A stretch of DNA of 64,000 bases, taken from the NCBI GenBank assembly GCA_018396865.1, contig JAGTRB010000001.1, positions 133,970 through 197,969 of the forward strand, in the 5' to 3' direction. The translations under genes were made by a program, and so were the position numbers. This document shows, in pieces, positions 8,415 through 18,430 of the stretch (the stretch's first letter is position 1; each line of letters begins with the position of its first letter). Source of the DNA: Candidatus Bathyarchaeota archaeon (lineage in GTDB: Archaea; Thermoproteota; Bathyarchaeia; TCS64). The notes under the pieces are model-generated. The model ran no database searches, was not told where the DNA came from, and was given only the letters and a program-made list of their open reading frames with translations.

Positions 8415-10316
8415 GTGGTGGATAAGTTGCCGTTTGGATATAACGGAAAGGCCCTATGGGTGGATCTCGAGAGCGGGGGGATGAGGGTTGAGGAGCCTTC
8501 AGAGAGCTGGTACAGGATGTATCTTGGGGGTATGGGGGCCGTGGCCTACCACCTCCTCAGAGAGCTGGAGGTAGGAGTGGATCCCCTAGGCCCAGATAAC
8601 ATCTTGGTGATGGCGACGGGAGTAATAACCGGCGCTCCATTCTCAGGGAGCGGGCGAAACGCCGTGGGCGGAAAATCCCCACTAACCGGAGGCTTCGGGG
8701 AGTCTGATGTTGGAGGCTACTGGGGGGCTGAGCTGAAGCACGCCGGCTTCGACGCCATAATCTTCAAAGGGGCCTCGGAGGAGCCCGTCTGGCTCTGGGT
8801 TGAGGATGGGAAGGCCGAGCTGAGGGACGCCTCAAGCCTCTGGGGCCTCGAGGTTGGGGATTGCCAGGATAGGATGAGGGAGGAGGTGGGTGAGCCCCAG
8901 GCCAAGACGGCCCTCATAGGACCTGGAGGGGAGAGGATGGTCAGGTTCGCCTCCGTCATCAACGATCTCAACCATGTAGCTGGAAGAGGCGGAATGGGCG
9001 CTGTTATGGGGTCCAAGAAGCTGAAGGGGGTGGCTGTGAGGGGCCACAACCCTCCGAAGGTTGCGGATCCAGAGAGGGTTAGGGAGCTGGCCAGGCTCGT
9101 CAACTCTAGGATACCGACCGAGTCTCGGAGCCTCCACGAGTACGGGACCGGAGCGGCGATGGACGCCTACGCTGAGACGGGGAACCTCCCGACGAGAAAC
9201 TTCAGGGATGGAGGCTTCAAGGAGGTCACTGAGATAGACGCGATAACCCTCAAAAAGAGGTTCATCGTTAGGATGGAGACCTGCTACGCTTGTGGGGTGC
9301 GCTGCAAAAAGGTTGTTGAGCTTAAGGAGCCCTACATCGTTGAGGCGAGGTATGGGGGACCGGAATATGAAACCCTAGCAGCCCTCGGCTCAGACTGCGG
9401 TGTCTCAGACCTAGCCGCCATATGCAAGGCCAACGAGCTATGCCAGAGGTATGGACTTGATACGATAAGCACCGGGGCCACAATAGCCTTCGCCATGGAG
9501 TGCTACGAGAACAAGATAATCACTAAGGAGGATACCGGCGGGATCGACCTGAGATTCGGGAACGCTGAGGCCATGGTCAGGATGGTTGAGATGATCGGGA
9601 GGAGGGAGGGGCTAGGAGACCTGTTGGCCGAGGGGGTGAAGAGGGCCTCGGAGAGGCTTGGAGGGGGAGCGGAGGCCTACGCCATCCACGTGAAGGGTTT
9701 GGAGGTCCCGATGCATGAGCCGAGGTTGAAGAAGGGGCTCGGCCTAGGCTACGCCGTCTGCCCCATGGGCGCGGATCACTGCGCCAACTTCCACGACACC
9801 TTCATGACGCCCGAGAACTACTTGAGGGTAAGGCCCCTCGGGATCCTCGAGGAGGTCCCGGTCGACAGCCTGGGAGGGGATAAGGTGAGGCTGTATAAGA
9901 GGTGGACGGAGATGAGGGTGGTCGCCAACAGCCTATCCATCTGCCAGTTCCCACCTTGGAGGTTCACGGAGTATGTGGACCTGGTTCAGGCTGTCACTGG
10001 ATGGGACATATCGATACTGGAGCTCGCTGAGGCCGCTGAGAGGATCATCACCCTGGCCAGGTTATTCAACGTGAGGGAGGGCCTAACATCAGCTGACGAC
10101 TGGCTCCCTGGGAGGTTCTTCCAGCCTCAGACCTCGGGCCCCCTATCCAAGAGGGCGATGGATCCCCAGGAGCTCAGGAGGGCTATAGACCTCTACTACG
10201 AGATGATGGGCTGGGACAGGGATGGGATACCCTTACAAGGGACCCTCGAGAAGCTCGGGATCGGGTGGGCTGAGGAGCATCTCCCCTTCAAAGGGACTGA
10301 GAGGCTGATAGTCTGA
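8415..10316 (+). CDS. aor: Aldehyde:ferredoxin oxidoreductase family (tungstopterin enzyme)
   Basis: N-term FGYNGKALWVDLESG...YLGGMG, 633 aa, AOR_N plus AOR catalytic domains; GTG start. Confidence 0.85.
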   Translation: MVDKLPFGYNGKALWVDLESGGMRVEEPSESWYRMYLGGMGAVAYHLLRELEVGVDPLGPDNILVMATGVITGAPFSGSGRNAVGGKSPLTGGFGESDVGGYWGAELKHAGFDAIIFKGASEEPVWLWVEDGKAELRDASSLWGLEVGDCQDRMREEVGEPQAKTALIGPGGERMVRFASVINDLNHVAGRGGMGAVMGSKKLKGVAVRGHNPPKVADPERVRELARLVNSRIPTESRSLHEYGTGAAMDAYAETGNLPTRNFRDGGFKEVTEIDAITLKKRFIVRMETCYACGVRCKKVVELKEPYIVEARYGGPEYETLAALGSDCGVSDLAAICKANELCQRYGLDTISTGATIAFAMECYENKIITKEDTGGIDLRFGNAEAMVRMVEMIGRREGLGDLLAEGVKRASERLGGGAEAYAIHVKGLEVPMHEPRLKKGLGLGYAVCPMGADHCANFHDTFMTPENYLRVRPLGILEEVPVDSLGGDKVRLYKRWTEMRVVANSLSICQFPPWRFTEYVDLVQAVTGWDISILELAEAAERIITLARLFNVREGLTSADDWLPGRFFQPQTSGPLSKRAMDPQELRRAIDLYYEMMGWDRDGIPLQGTLEKLGIGWAEEHLPFKGTERLIV

Positions 10317-10626
10317 AGGGTTCAGCCCTAAAAACTCTATACGAGCTTTTCCAAAATACCCACTCCCGCTATGAGGCCCTTCAGCTCTCTACTTTCAAGT
10401 TCTTTTACAAAATAAATATTGTCGGCTCTGTGTTCGATAAGCTGGGCGTCATAACCTGAGCATCCTCAAGCTCCTGCGGATATCAAACCTCCTTCTTATT
10501 TCAGGTCATGGTAAAGTATCTTTTACAGCCTTCCCCTCTTTCACCATTTCTATAAACAGGCTGAAAAGGATAACAGAACTTACTTCATTCCATATTTATG
10601 AAGGGGCTTAAACCCGCGCCTCATAG

Positions 10627-11028
10627 CTAAATGAACAGAGCCCTCACTCCAAAATCTCCGGCTACCTTAACTTGTTTATCATCCCTCGATATCAATTCAA
10701 CTTTACGCCTCCTCGCCAATTCTATGTATAACGCGTCATATATCGATACATCGCCTTTAAACGCTATGTTAAACGCTTCTTCTAGTAGGGCCTCTTGACT
10801 CTCAATTTTAATGTTAATATTTAATAGATATTTTAGGGCCTCAAATGCCTTTCCGACTTCTTCAAGCTTTAACCTGTTCCTCCTATAAGCTAGTAAAATG
10901 GCGTTGGCGACTTCCTTCAATACTAAATCTAAACTAATGGTACCCTCTAATATAAATTTCCTAATCTCTTCAAATCCTTCCTCCCTTAAGAGATATGCTG
11001 AAAGTGCTGAAGCATCAATGACCTTCAC
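10627..11028 (-). CDS. vapC: PIN-domain ribonuclease toxin (VapC-like)
   Basis: VIDASA..., DALYIELA, ISRDD acidic residues of PIN fold; 133 aa. Confidence 0.7.
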   Translation of the reverse strand: MKVIDASALSAYLLREEGFEEIRKFILEGTISLDLVLKEVANAILLAYRRNRLKLEEVGKAFEALKYLLNINIKIESQEALLEEAFNIAFKGDVSIYDALYIELARRRKVELISRDDKQVKVAGDFGVRALFI

Positions 11029-11260
11029 GATCCTCCCTCACCAACCGCGAAATAGATCCTTTAGGCTGCTTTGGCATATCCTTAAGAATGTTCTCGACCA
11101 CCTCAACATTTCTTATCCTCTCAAACTCCTCAATCTTCATAACTATGAACTCCCTAATCTCCTTGGGCCAATCAACCACGTTTTTAAGACTATCCATCTT
11201 TACTTTAACCTCCCTTGGAACCTTAACGCTCACAACGCTCACGGCGGATCGGTATACCAA
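11015..11260 (-). CDS. vapB: Putative RHH/CopG-like antitoxin (VapB-like), 14-nt overlap with PIN gene
   Basis: 81 aa, SVKVPREVKVKMD ribbon-helix-helix-like N-terminus, overlaps downstream toxin. Confidence 0.45.
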   Translation of the reverse strand: MVYRSAVSVVSVKVPREVKVKMDSLKNVVDWPKEIREFIVMKIEEFERIRNVEVVENILKDMPKQPKGSISRLVREDREGH

Positions 11261-11462
11261 TAGGTAAACCTATATATAAGAACCCCGTCTACCAAAAAGA
11301 GGGGGTAAGCCATTATCTCCGATTTCGGTCTCTCGGTTGTAGCTTGCTTCTCCAAACCCTTGCTTATTTATGTCTTATTGTTCAACTCTATCCATTTTCC
11401 TAAGCGAGAAATCTGCATGAAAATGGGGAATGGTGGAGAGTTGTAGCTTAGAGGTATTGACC

Positions 11463-12857
11463 TCAAGCTCTCTTTGGAAGGTCGAACCTCTTCGCAGTCT
11501 CCCCTATAACCTCCTCTAGGAGGTTGAGGCCCTCCTCCACCTGCTCCTCTGTTATGGTTAGGCAGGGCATCATCCTTATTATGCCTGTCCCCGGGCTGGT
11601 TCCGACTATGAGGCCCTTCTCCTTGGCCTTATCTGTGAGGTAGACCATTGGGTTGTGACTTGGGTCAAGCCTCTGCTCGGGGGTCAGGCTCTTCGGGACT
11701 ATGTCATCTCTGGTCTCGGGGTTTGCCACGAGCTCGACACCCATGAAGAGGCCTAGGCCCCTTATGTCTCCGATTATGGGCTGCCTCTCCTGCATTCCCC
11801 TCAACTCATCCATCATATACGCCCCCATCTTGGCAGCCCTCTCCGCCAGCCTCTCCTTATAATAGTAGTCTATCACCGCGAGAGCGGTGGCGCAGGCCAG
11901 AGCGTGGCCGCTGTAAGTATAGCTGTGGGGAAAGCCCTTCTCGTCGAAGTAGTCGGCGATCTTCTTGTTGACGATGGTGGCCCCCAATGGGACGTAGCCT
12001 GAGGTTATCCCCTTCGCGTAGGTCTCGATGTCTGGAAGCACGTTCCAGTGCTCGCAGGCGAACATCCTCCCAGTCCTCGCGAAGCCGGTCATAACCTCGT
12101 CGAAGATTAGGAGGATCCCCTTCTCGTCGCAGATCCTCCTCAACCTGGGCCAGTAATCTGGGGGTGGGACCACCTGCCCAGCCCAGCTGCATATAGGCTC
12201 CGCCATGAAGGCGGCTATGAACTTCTCCCCCTCCTTCTCCATCGTGTAGCGGATGAAATCAGCGCAGAGGAGGTCGCAGTCAGGATAGGTCTTCTTGAAT
12301 GGGCACCTGTAGCAGTATGGGGCGGGTACATGCTTGAACTCCTCGAAGATGCTGAGGCCTGGGAGCTGCCTATTACGGGCGCTCCCTCCCACGCTCATAG
12401 AGGCATAGGTGGAGCCATGATAGGCATCCCAGAAACTTATGATCTTGGGGGCTCCCCTATAGAGCTGAGCGAGCTTTATCGCAGCCTCATTCGCCTCCGT
12501 CCCGCTATTGCTGAAGAATGATTTGCACAGGTCGCCTGGGGTTATCTGGGCGAGCCTCTTGGCCAGCTGTATCTGGGGAACGTTGAAGTAGCTGGGGGAA
12601 GAATAGGCGAGCTCCTCGAGCTGCCTCTTAGCGGCCTCGATGATCTCCCTGTTCCCCAGCCCGATATGGACATTATAAAGTTGAGAGATGAGATCTATGT
12701 ATCTCTTTCCTCTGGCATCATAGAAGTACGCACCCTCACCCCAAACGACGATGGGCTCCTCAACCCCTGGACGGGGCTCCCACCTCTGGATCAGGTAGGT
12801 CTTCCCCTCATCGTAGAGGCGCTTAACCTCATCCTCACTGAAAGGCTTACAACTCAT
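11463..12857 (-). CDS. Class III PLP-dependent aminotransferase (acetylornithine/GABA aminotransferase family)
   Basis: 464 aa, class-III AT architecture, [17 protein letters not shown] region. Confidence 0.8.
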   Translation of the reverse strand: MSCKPFSEDEVKRLYDEGKTYLIQRWEPRPGVEEPIVVWGEGAYFYDARGKRYIDLISQLYNVHIGLGNREIIEAAKRQLEELAYSSPSYFNVPQIQLAKRLAQITPGDLCKSFFSNSGTEANEAAIKLAQLYRGAPKIISFWDAYHGSTYASMSVGGSARNRQLPGLSIFEEFKHVPAPYCYRCPFKKTYPDCDLLCADFIRYTMEKEGEKFIAAFMAEPICSWAGQVVPPPDYWPRLRRICDEKGILLIFDEVMTGFARTGRMFACEHWNVLPDIETYAKGITSGYVPLGATIVNKKIADYFDEKGFPHSYTYSGHALACATALAVIDYYYKERLAERAAKMGAYMMDELRGMQERQPIIGDIRGLGLFMGVELVANPETRDDIVPKSLTPEQRLDPSHNPMVYLTDKAKEKGLIVGTSPGTGIIRMMPCLTITEEQVEEGLNLLEEVIGETAKRFDLPKRA

Positions 12858-12921
12858 AAAGGATCCCGGATACTCATGAAACCTAAGGGTTCTTAACCGT
12901 TATCCCCATGTTTGTTAATAA

Positions 12922-13374
12922 TTAGGGGATATCCTCCGGAACTCTTCTTTTAACCCACCCCACTGAGTCAAAATCGTCATCATATGAAACTATCGTTTCC
13001 ATGGAAAGCTCTTTCAGAGCTTGAACCGCGAGGGCATCGTCGAAATCCAAGCCATAATCCTTCATCATGAAGGTAGCCCTTATCCGGCCCCTTAACCCCA
13101 TAGGATAGATCTGGAGCCCCCTATAGCGGAGGAGGGAGGACAGGAACAATGCCAGCTCCTCCCAGGTTTTACCGTAATTCTCCATGACAACTAAGATAGA
13201 GTCCACGTGGAAGTCCGTTATCGCCGACCTGATGGAGCCCTCCCTCACCCTCCTCAAGAATCTTTTACAAGCCTCTGCATGCTGCTCCGCCAATGCCACC
13301 TCTAGGAATATGTTCGAGTCAATTAACACAGCGGTATCCAAGGGCCTTCCCAGCCCTGATTCTCCGAGCCTCAT
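12922..13374 (-). CDS. vapC: PIN-domain toxin (VapC-like); start uncertain
   Basis: AVLIDSNIF N-terminal strand, DDALAVQALKELSMETIVSYDDDFD; upstream overlapping RHH gene. Confidence 0.65.
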   Translation of the reverse strand: MRLGESGLGRPLDTAVLIDSNIFLEVALAEQHAEACKRFLRRVREGSIRSAITDFHVDSILVVMENYGKTWEELALFLSSLLRYRGLQIYPMGLRGRIRATFMMKDYGLDFDDALAVQALKELSMETIVSYDDDFDSVGWVKRRVPEDIP

Positions 13375-13609
13375 GCTGAAGCTCCACCCCAGACCTCTCA
13401 ACGTGGGAGAGCATGCCATAAATAGCCTCCACCGGATCCTCTACGGATTCTGCGACCTCGAGGACCTCCGAGACCTGAGATAGCCAAGCGCTGAAGGCCT
13501 TCTCGGAGGCGACGCTCAGCGACCCCCGGCCATAGCCGTAAAGCCTCATCGCGGCCTCCCTGAACCTCCGCTCCAGCTCGTCGGGTATATAAACCTTGAT
13601 TCCACCCAT
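13319..13609 (-). CDS. vapB: RHH (CopG/Arc-type) antitoxin
   Basis: MGGIKVYIPDELERRFREAAMRLYGYGRGSLS typical RHH; overlaps PIN gene. Confidence 0.55.
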   Translation of the reverse strand: MGGIKVYIPDELERRFREAAMRLYGYGRGSLSVASEKAFSAWLSQVSEVLEVAESVEDPVEAIYGMLSHVERSGVELQHEARRIRAGKALGYRCVN

Positions 13610-13848
13610 CTTAATTCCTAAATTACTAAAGGAATAAAGACCTTTATATCTTTTGGCCCATAGATCTCCCACTGCCCTAGACCCCAGAGGAATGGATGTG
13701 CCTTGTATATGAAAATTGAAAAAGATGCCCGAGAAACAAATTCAGGATCGAGAAGGATTGGAAAGCATGGTCTATATCCCAAGGAGGTATCAATTCCTGT
13801 ATATAGAAAGTTGATTATATTGATTTTGTTGATTTAATCTTAAGTTTT

Positions 13849-14433
13849 TTAAATATTGATATCTCTATAATATCTTGTGCTTGGACAACCTAAACATTTG
13901 TTTTCATTATATCTAAGACATTTTCCGCAATTTATGCCACACGGTGCATCTTCTTCAGATTTATCGGTGAAGAGTCTTATTGGTATGAATTTAGGTAATT
14001 CTGGTGTTTCACCTATTATCACCTCGGAGCGTCTGATTCCCTTATGAACCCTTATGGAGCAAACCTCAACCATAGAATTCAGAGTATCCATGTCTTCAGC
14101 GATCATGATAGTCATCAAATTATATTCTCCAGTGGTTCTCGTTATGAAAATGGCTCTAGGACATTTAGAAAATATTTTCATCAATTCTCTCTGAAGCTCG
14201 TGAGTTTCAGCCTCACAATTTACTATCACAATTCTAAATCCTAGTTTATCTATGTTCATTCCAGCATAGATATTTACGAGATTTTCTTCACATAGATTCT
14301 TCAATCTGTTCCCTACCGCTACATGAGATAGCCCGAGCATCCTGCCCATCGAGCTGAGAGAGGCTCTTCCATCCCTGAGGAGTATTGAATAGATCCTCTT
14401 ATCCAGCTCATCCATCATTACAAAATGTAACAA
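13849..14433 (-). CDS. Lrp/AsnC-family transcription regulator fused to C-terminal Cys-rich (CX3CX2C...CX2C) metal-binding tail
   Basis: N-term HTH (LSSMGRMLGLSHVAVGNRLKNL) plus RAM-like domain; tail CGINCGKCLRYNENKCLGCP; divergent from molybdoenzyme operon; AT-rich. Confidence 0.7.
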   Translation of the reverse strand: MLHFVMMDELDKRIYSILLRDGRASLSSMGRMLGLSHVAVGNRLKNLCEENLVNIYAGMNIDKLGFRIVIVNCEAETHELQRELMKIFSKCPRAIFITRTTGEYNLMTIMIAEDMDTLNSMVEVCSIRVHKGIRRSEVIIGETPELPKFIPIRLFTDKSEEDAPCGINCGKCLRYNENKCLGCPSTRYYRDINI

Positions 14434-14446
14434 AAGAGATATATTT

Positions 14447-17149
14447 ATGTTTCTAATTTATAAACTGGCTGTGATGAAAGATACAAGTCTTATTTTGTCA
14501 GCTTCTTCGGAAAGCGATGAAGATATAGAACTGAAGTACGGATATTGCAGAAATAACTGCATGCTTCATTGCGGAAGGATAGCCGTTGTGAAGAATGGAA
14601 GGGTTGTTGAAATTCGCGGTTGGAAAGGCCATCCCATAAGCGACGGGAAACTCTGCGCTAAGGGATTGGCTGCGATCGATGACACGTACAGTGAAAACAG
14701 GATTCTTTACCCGATGAAGAGGGTTGGAGAAGAATTTGAAAGAATTGGCTGGGAACAGGCACTGAACGAAATTGCTGAAAGGCTCCGAGAAATACGTAAG
14801 GAATGGGATGGAAAGCCTCTTCATGATATGACTGCCGAGGAGCTTAGAAGGGTCGCTCGGTATGCTACTCCAAGAAACTCATGTGGAGAGGCAGAATTTT
14901 TAATTTATATGAGGTTCGGTAGGGCATTCAAATCAGCCCCCCACTATTCTGGATGCATAGCTTGCAACGGCAACTGGTGGAGAGCGCGACTCGCCGTTAC
15001 AGGACACGAGCACCCAGTCAATCCTATAGACACTATCATTGACTCTAAACTCATCTTAGACTTTGGTTATAACATAGCCGAAACAGCTGTTGTAGCCTTT
15101 AAGTGGATAAGAAAAGCGAGGGATAATGGAGTAGAGTTCATCTACATCGACCCTAGGTATACAAAAACAGCTGCTGGAGCAAGCGAATATATACCCATTA
15201 GACCAGGAACTGATGGCGCATTAATCCTAGGAATAATGTATGTCCTCATAGAAAACAATTGGACCTATCCGTACCTGCAATATTATGTTGACGAGAAAGA
15301 GTATGAAGACTTCGTTGAGAAGGTTGTTAAGAAATATCCTCCGGAGAAAGTTGAGAAGATCACATGGGTTCCATCAGCTAAGATAAGAGAGTTAGCACAG
15401 AAAATCCATGAAGCTGGACGTAAAGTTGCTATAATCTCCGGCTCGCGCACGAGCACACAGACAAATGGATTCGATACCGGAAGATTATTTGCTATATTAA
15501 ATTTGATGATTGGCTGTTATGGGGTATCTGGAGGCGGAGACTACAACCCTAAACCGGGAGTCGTCCCCTCCCACTATATTCCATGGGCTGCAGCGGCTCC
15601 ACATAAATATCCAGAATTCATGTACCCCGATGATCCACACCACTGGGGTAAGGGCTGGATTCCCGAGGCCGCCTGGCCTCAGGTAAAAGAACAAATGAAA
15701 GCATATATCGGTTTAGGTGGAAACCCGATTGTCCGGGCAGCAGGAGATCAGCGAGGGGTCTTTGAACACTTGAAGAAGAACGGGTTGGTGGTAGTTGGCA
15801 CAGCTGAATGGAACGAAATGTGCGATTATGCCCATTACATACTTCCATTGACAACCGATCTCGAGTCATCGGGTTCAACAATTTTATGTTCAACCAATCG
15901 TGCCGTGCAATGGAAGGATGCAGCAGTTCCCCCGCTTGGAGAGGCTAAACCCGACTGGTGGATCATGAATGAACTAGCCCATAGAATATTCGGGGATGAA
16001 ACCATGTTCAGGGAATGCCCAGACTGCGAAAGGAGGGTAAAGGAGATTCTAAGACAAGGAGGCATATTAGACGAGGCTTGGGAAGAACTTATAGGGCAAT
16101 ATCTCGATGAAATCCACACACGCCTATCAAAGGGAGAGAATATAGACGATATCGCCGCTGACCTTGCCAAAAGAATCGGTCATGATCCAAGTAATCACAA
16201 ATATGTCATAAGAAACATTGAATTACGCTACCGTTTAGAATTTAAAAAGTTGGGTGAAAAGGTCGGATTTGACCTTGACAACCATGGCCTATTATGGCCC
16301 TACAACATATTCAAGCAGGGACCAGAAGCAATATACTGGTACTGGTGGAAATTCAACATGATTTTATGGCCAGTACCACCAGGATCCCCTGCAGAGAAAG
16401 AACCAGAAAAATATCATCCATTCTCAGGGCTTAGGCTAGATATCGTGAAACAGAGGGGCGTCGTCTACTTCCCAGCCCCACTGTTTCTGATGGAGGAAGA
16501 CCCCAACTACCGCGGGGAGAAAGTTGAATTCGAGAGATGTCCAGGGTGCTGGAAAAAGAGCACAGAGATGGGGTTACCCGATATACCCCTACTTTGGACC
16601 CCATCTGAAAGGTGGAATGGCAAGACGGGGGGCTTCTATCCATGGAAGGCTGGGAAGGCTTACATTGACCTGAAAGGGGAAACATGGAATGGCGCAGGCC
16701 TTCCAGAGTGGAAAGAACCGGCGGAATCTCCTAAAGACACAAGTGAAAAGATCGATTGGAAAGAAGAATATCCTTTGGTAATGACCACTGGCAAGCTTAC
16801 ACATCTGATGACTGGCCACAGCCAAAACATTAACGAACTTCTTTTAAGGATTGATGAAAAGCCTTCTGTTTGGATCCATCCATCCACCGCTGAATACTTA
16901 GGAATCAAGGATGGAGATATCGTCAAGATAATAACTCCTAGGTCGCCCAAAAACGGCCTGAAAATGAGGGTTAAACTGACTGCGCGTATTCATCCAAAGA
17001 TAGTATTCGTACCAACCCACACGGGTCCGAAGGCGATAAGTGAAGATTTCCGAAATGAGGGTGTAATGCTTGTAACATCAACGGGTGAGGATCCATACAC
17101 AAGAATGGTTGGATATAGCACAAATGCTTGCAGAGTTGAGAAGGTGTAG
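14447..17149 (+). CDS. Molybdopterin (Mo/W-bisPGD) oxidoreductase catalytic subunit, DMSO-reductase/formate-dehydrogenase superfamily, no Tat signal
   Basis: N-terminal FeS motif C-x3-C-x3-C-x27-C (YCRNNCMLHCG...KLCAKG), ~890 aa, molydopterin-binding regions, no RR motif; start may be ATG 14474. Confidence 0.8.
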   Translation: MFLIYKLAVMKDTSLILSASSESDEDIELKYGYCRNNCMLHCGRIAVVKNGRVVEIRGWKGHPISDGKLCAKGLAAIDDTYSENRILYPMKRVGEEFERIGWEQALNEIAERLREIRKEWDGKPLHDMTAEELRRVARYATPRNSCGEAEFLIYMRFGRAFKSAPHYSGCIACNGNWWRARLAVTGHEHPVNPIDTIIDSKLILDFGYNIAETAVVAFKWIRKARDNGVEFIYIDPRYTKTAAGASEYIPIRPGTDGALILGIMYVLIENNWTYPYLQYYVDEKEYEDFVEKVVKKYPPEKVEKITWVPSAKIRELAQKIHEAGRKVAIISGSRTSTQTNGFDTGRLFAILNLMIGCYGVSGGGDYNPKPGVVPSHYIPWAAAAPHKYPEFMYPDDPHHWGKGWIPEAAWPQVKEQMKAYIGLGGNPIVRAAGDQRGVFEHLKKNGLVVVGTAEWNEMCDYAHYILPLTTDLESSGSTILCSTNRAVQWKDAAVPPLGEAKPDWWIMNELAHRIFGDETMFRECPDCERRVKEILRQGGILDEAWEELIGQYLDEIHTRLSKGENIDDIAADLAKRIGHDPSNHKYVIRNIELRYRLEFKKLGEKVGFDLDNHGLLWPYNIFKQGPEAIYWYWWKFNMILWPVPPGSPAEKEPEKYHPFSGLRLDIVKQRGVVYFPAPLFLMEEDPNYRGEKVEFERCPGCWKKSTEMGLPDIPLLWTPSERWNGKTGGFYPWKAGKAYIDLKGETWNGAGLPEWKEPAESPKDTSEKIDWKEEYPLVMTTGKLTHLMTGHSQNINELLLRIDEKPSVWIHPSTAEYLGIKDGDIVKIITPRSPKNGLKMRVKLTARIHPKIVFVPTHTGPKAISEDFRNEGVMLVTSTGEDPYTRMVGYSTNACRVEKV

Positions 17150-17152
17150 GAG

Positions 17153-17731
17153 GTGGGGGAAAAAATGTATGGAATACTCGTTGATGTAGACGAATGTATA
17201 GGATGCCATGCCTGCGAAGTCGCATGCAAAAACTCGCATGAGTTTCCAAAAGAGATCATGGTGCAACGGGTTATTTCAGTTGAGGAAGGCGAATTCCCCT
17301 CGGTCAAAATTCTTCAATCACCTGTTGAGAGGTGCATGCACTGTCTAGAACCAGCATGCGTTTCAGCATGCCCATTCGGCGCAATAACAAAGACCGAGCG
17401 GGGACCAGTAATTATAGATCACGAGAAATGCACCGGATGCCAGCTATGCGTAAAAGCATGCCCATGGAAAATTCCGAAGTTCAACTTAGAAACAAGGAAG
17501 GTTTACAAATGCGACCTATGCTACAATAGACTCCAGGAGGGCCTACATCCAGCATGTGTTGAAGTCTGCCCGGTTGGAGCATTAAAATTTGGAGATCGTG
17601 AGGAACTCCTCAAAGAAGCCAAATCCAGGAAGAGGTATGTTTACGGCGAGGTTGAGGCTGGCGGTACATCGCTCATTTACGCCTCGAATGAGCCTTTAAC
17701 AAAGATAGGCTTACCAAAACTGATTCCATAA
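17153..17731 (+). CDS. Four-cluster [4Fe-4S] ferredoxin-type electron-transfer subunit (FdhB/PsrB/DmsB-like)
   Basis: Four Cys clusters: CIGCHACEVAC, CMHCLEPACVSACP, CTGCQLCVKACP, CDLCYNR...CVEVCP. Confidence 0.8.
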   Translation: MGEKMYGILVDVDECIGCHACEVACKNSHEFPKEIMVQRVISVEEGEFPSVKILQSPVERCMHCLEPACVSACPFGAITKTERGPVIIDHEKCTGCQLCVKACPWKIPKFNLETRKVYKCDLCYNRLQEGLHPACVEVCPVGALKFGDREELLKEAKSRKRYVYGEVEAGGTSLIYASNEPLTKIGLPKLIP

Positions 17732-17734
17732 GAA

Positions 17735-18025
17735 TTGGAGATTTTAGCCCTTAACCCAGATGCGCAGAGGGCATTTGCCGAATTTCGTTTAGCAATTCTA
17801 AAAGGCGATAAAATATTGTCGCAAAGGGTCAAACGGCTTCTCGCGATTGTTGCATATGCGGTGGCTGGATGTGAGGAGTGCGTAGAAGAATGCACAAAGG
17901 AAGCACTTTCAGAAGGAATAAAAGGAGATGAAATACTTTATGCTCTTACGGTAGCATGTCTCGTTAATGGAGGCTCAGCCCTTAATACCTGTAAAAGGGC
18001 ATTCAAAATTCTCAGAGAAAAATGA
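17735..18025 (+). CDS. AhpD-like / carboxymuconolactone decarboxylase family core-domain protein
   Basis: AVAGCEECVEECTKEA (CxxC-x3-C in place of CxxCxxxH), 96 aa; TTG start. Confidence 0.55.
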   Translation: MEILALNPDAQRAFAEFRLAILKGDKILSQRVKRLLAIVAYAVAGCEECVEECTKEALSEGIKGDEILYALTVACLVNGGSALNTCKRAFKILREK

Positions 18026-18037
18026 AGATATTTAAAG

Positions 18038-18406
18038 GTGAAAAATAAAGTGAAGGAAGAAGTTTCAAAGAAAATTGAAACATTTAAAGAGGAATTCGGC
18101 AAGATATTAGATCCAGTAGCCTTTATAAAAGAAAAAGATGAAGAACTATGCAAGGCCTTCCTGGAGCTTCATGAACTTACAGTGAATAAGGGAGTTATAT
18201 CCAAAAAGCTGAAATTTTTGATGCATGCCGCCATAACAGCTTCATTACACGATGTTGAAGCGACCGCGATGCACCTTACAGGCGCACTAAAGGGGGGCGC
18301 CACCGACGATGAGATACTTGAAACAGCCTTCACGATAATACCTGTAGCAGGAATGCCAGCCTTCTCGATTTTCCTTAATGCCATTAGAAGAGTAAAACCA
18401 TTATAA
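18038..18406 (+). CDS. Carboxymuconolactone decarboxylase (CMD) family protein, Cys-less
   Basis: 122 aa, CMD-like helical pattern HAAITASLHD...; GTG start. Confidence 0.5.
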   Translation: MKNKVKEEVSKKIETFKEEFGKILDPVAFIKEKDEELCKAFLELHELTVNKGVISKKLKFLMHAAITASLHDVEATAMHLTGALKGGATDDEILETAFTIIPVAGMPAFSIFLNAIRRVKPL

Positions 18407-18430
18407 ACACCATGTTGAAGATGAGAACGG

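Noticed and set aside
8717-9137. Antisense ORFs inside AOR, and similar antisense ORFs inside ilvB, molybdoenzyme, integrase, SRP54 and others in the track
   Set aside because: High-GC coding regions generate long antisense frames; all lack motifs and overlap confident genes.
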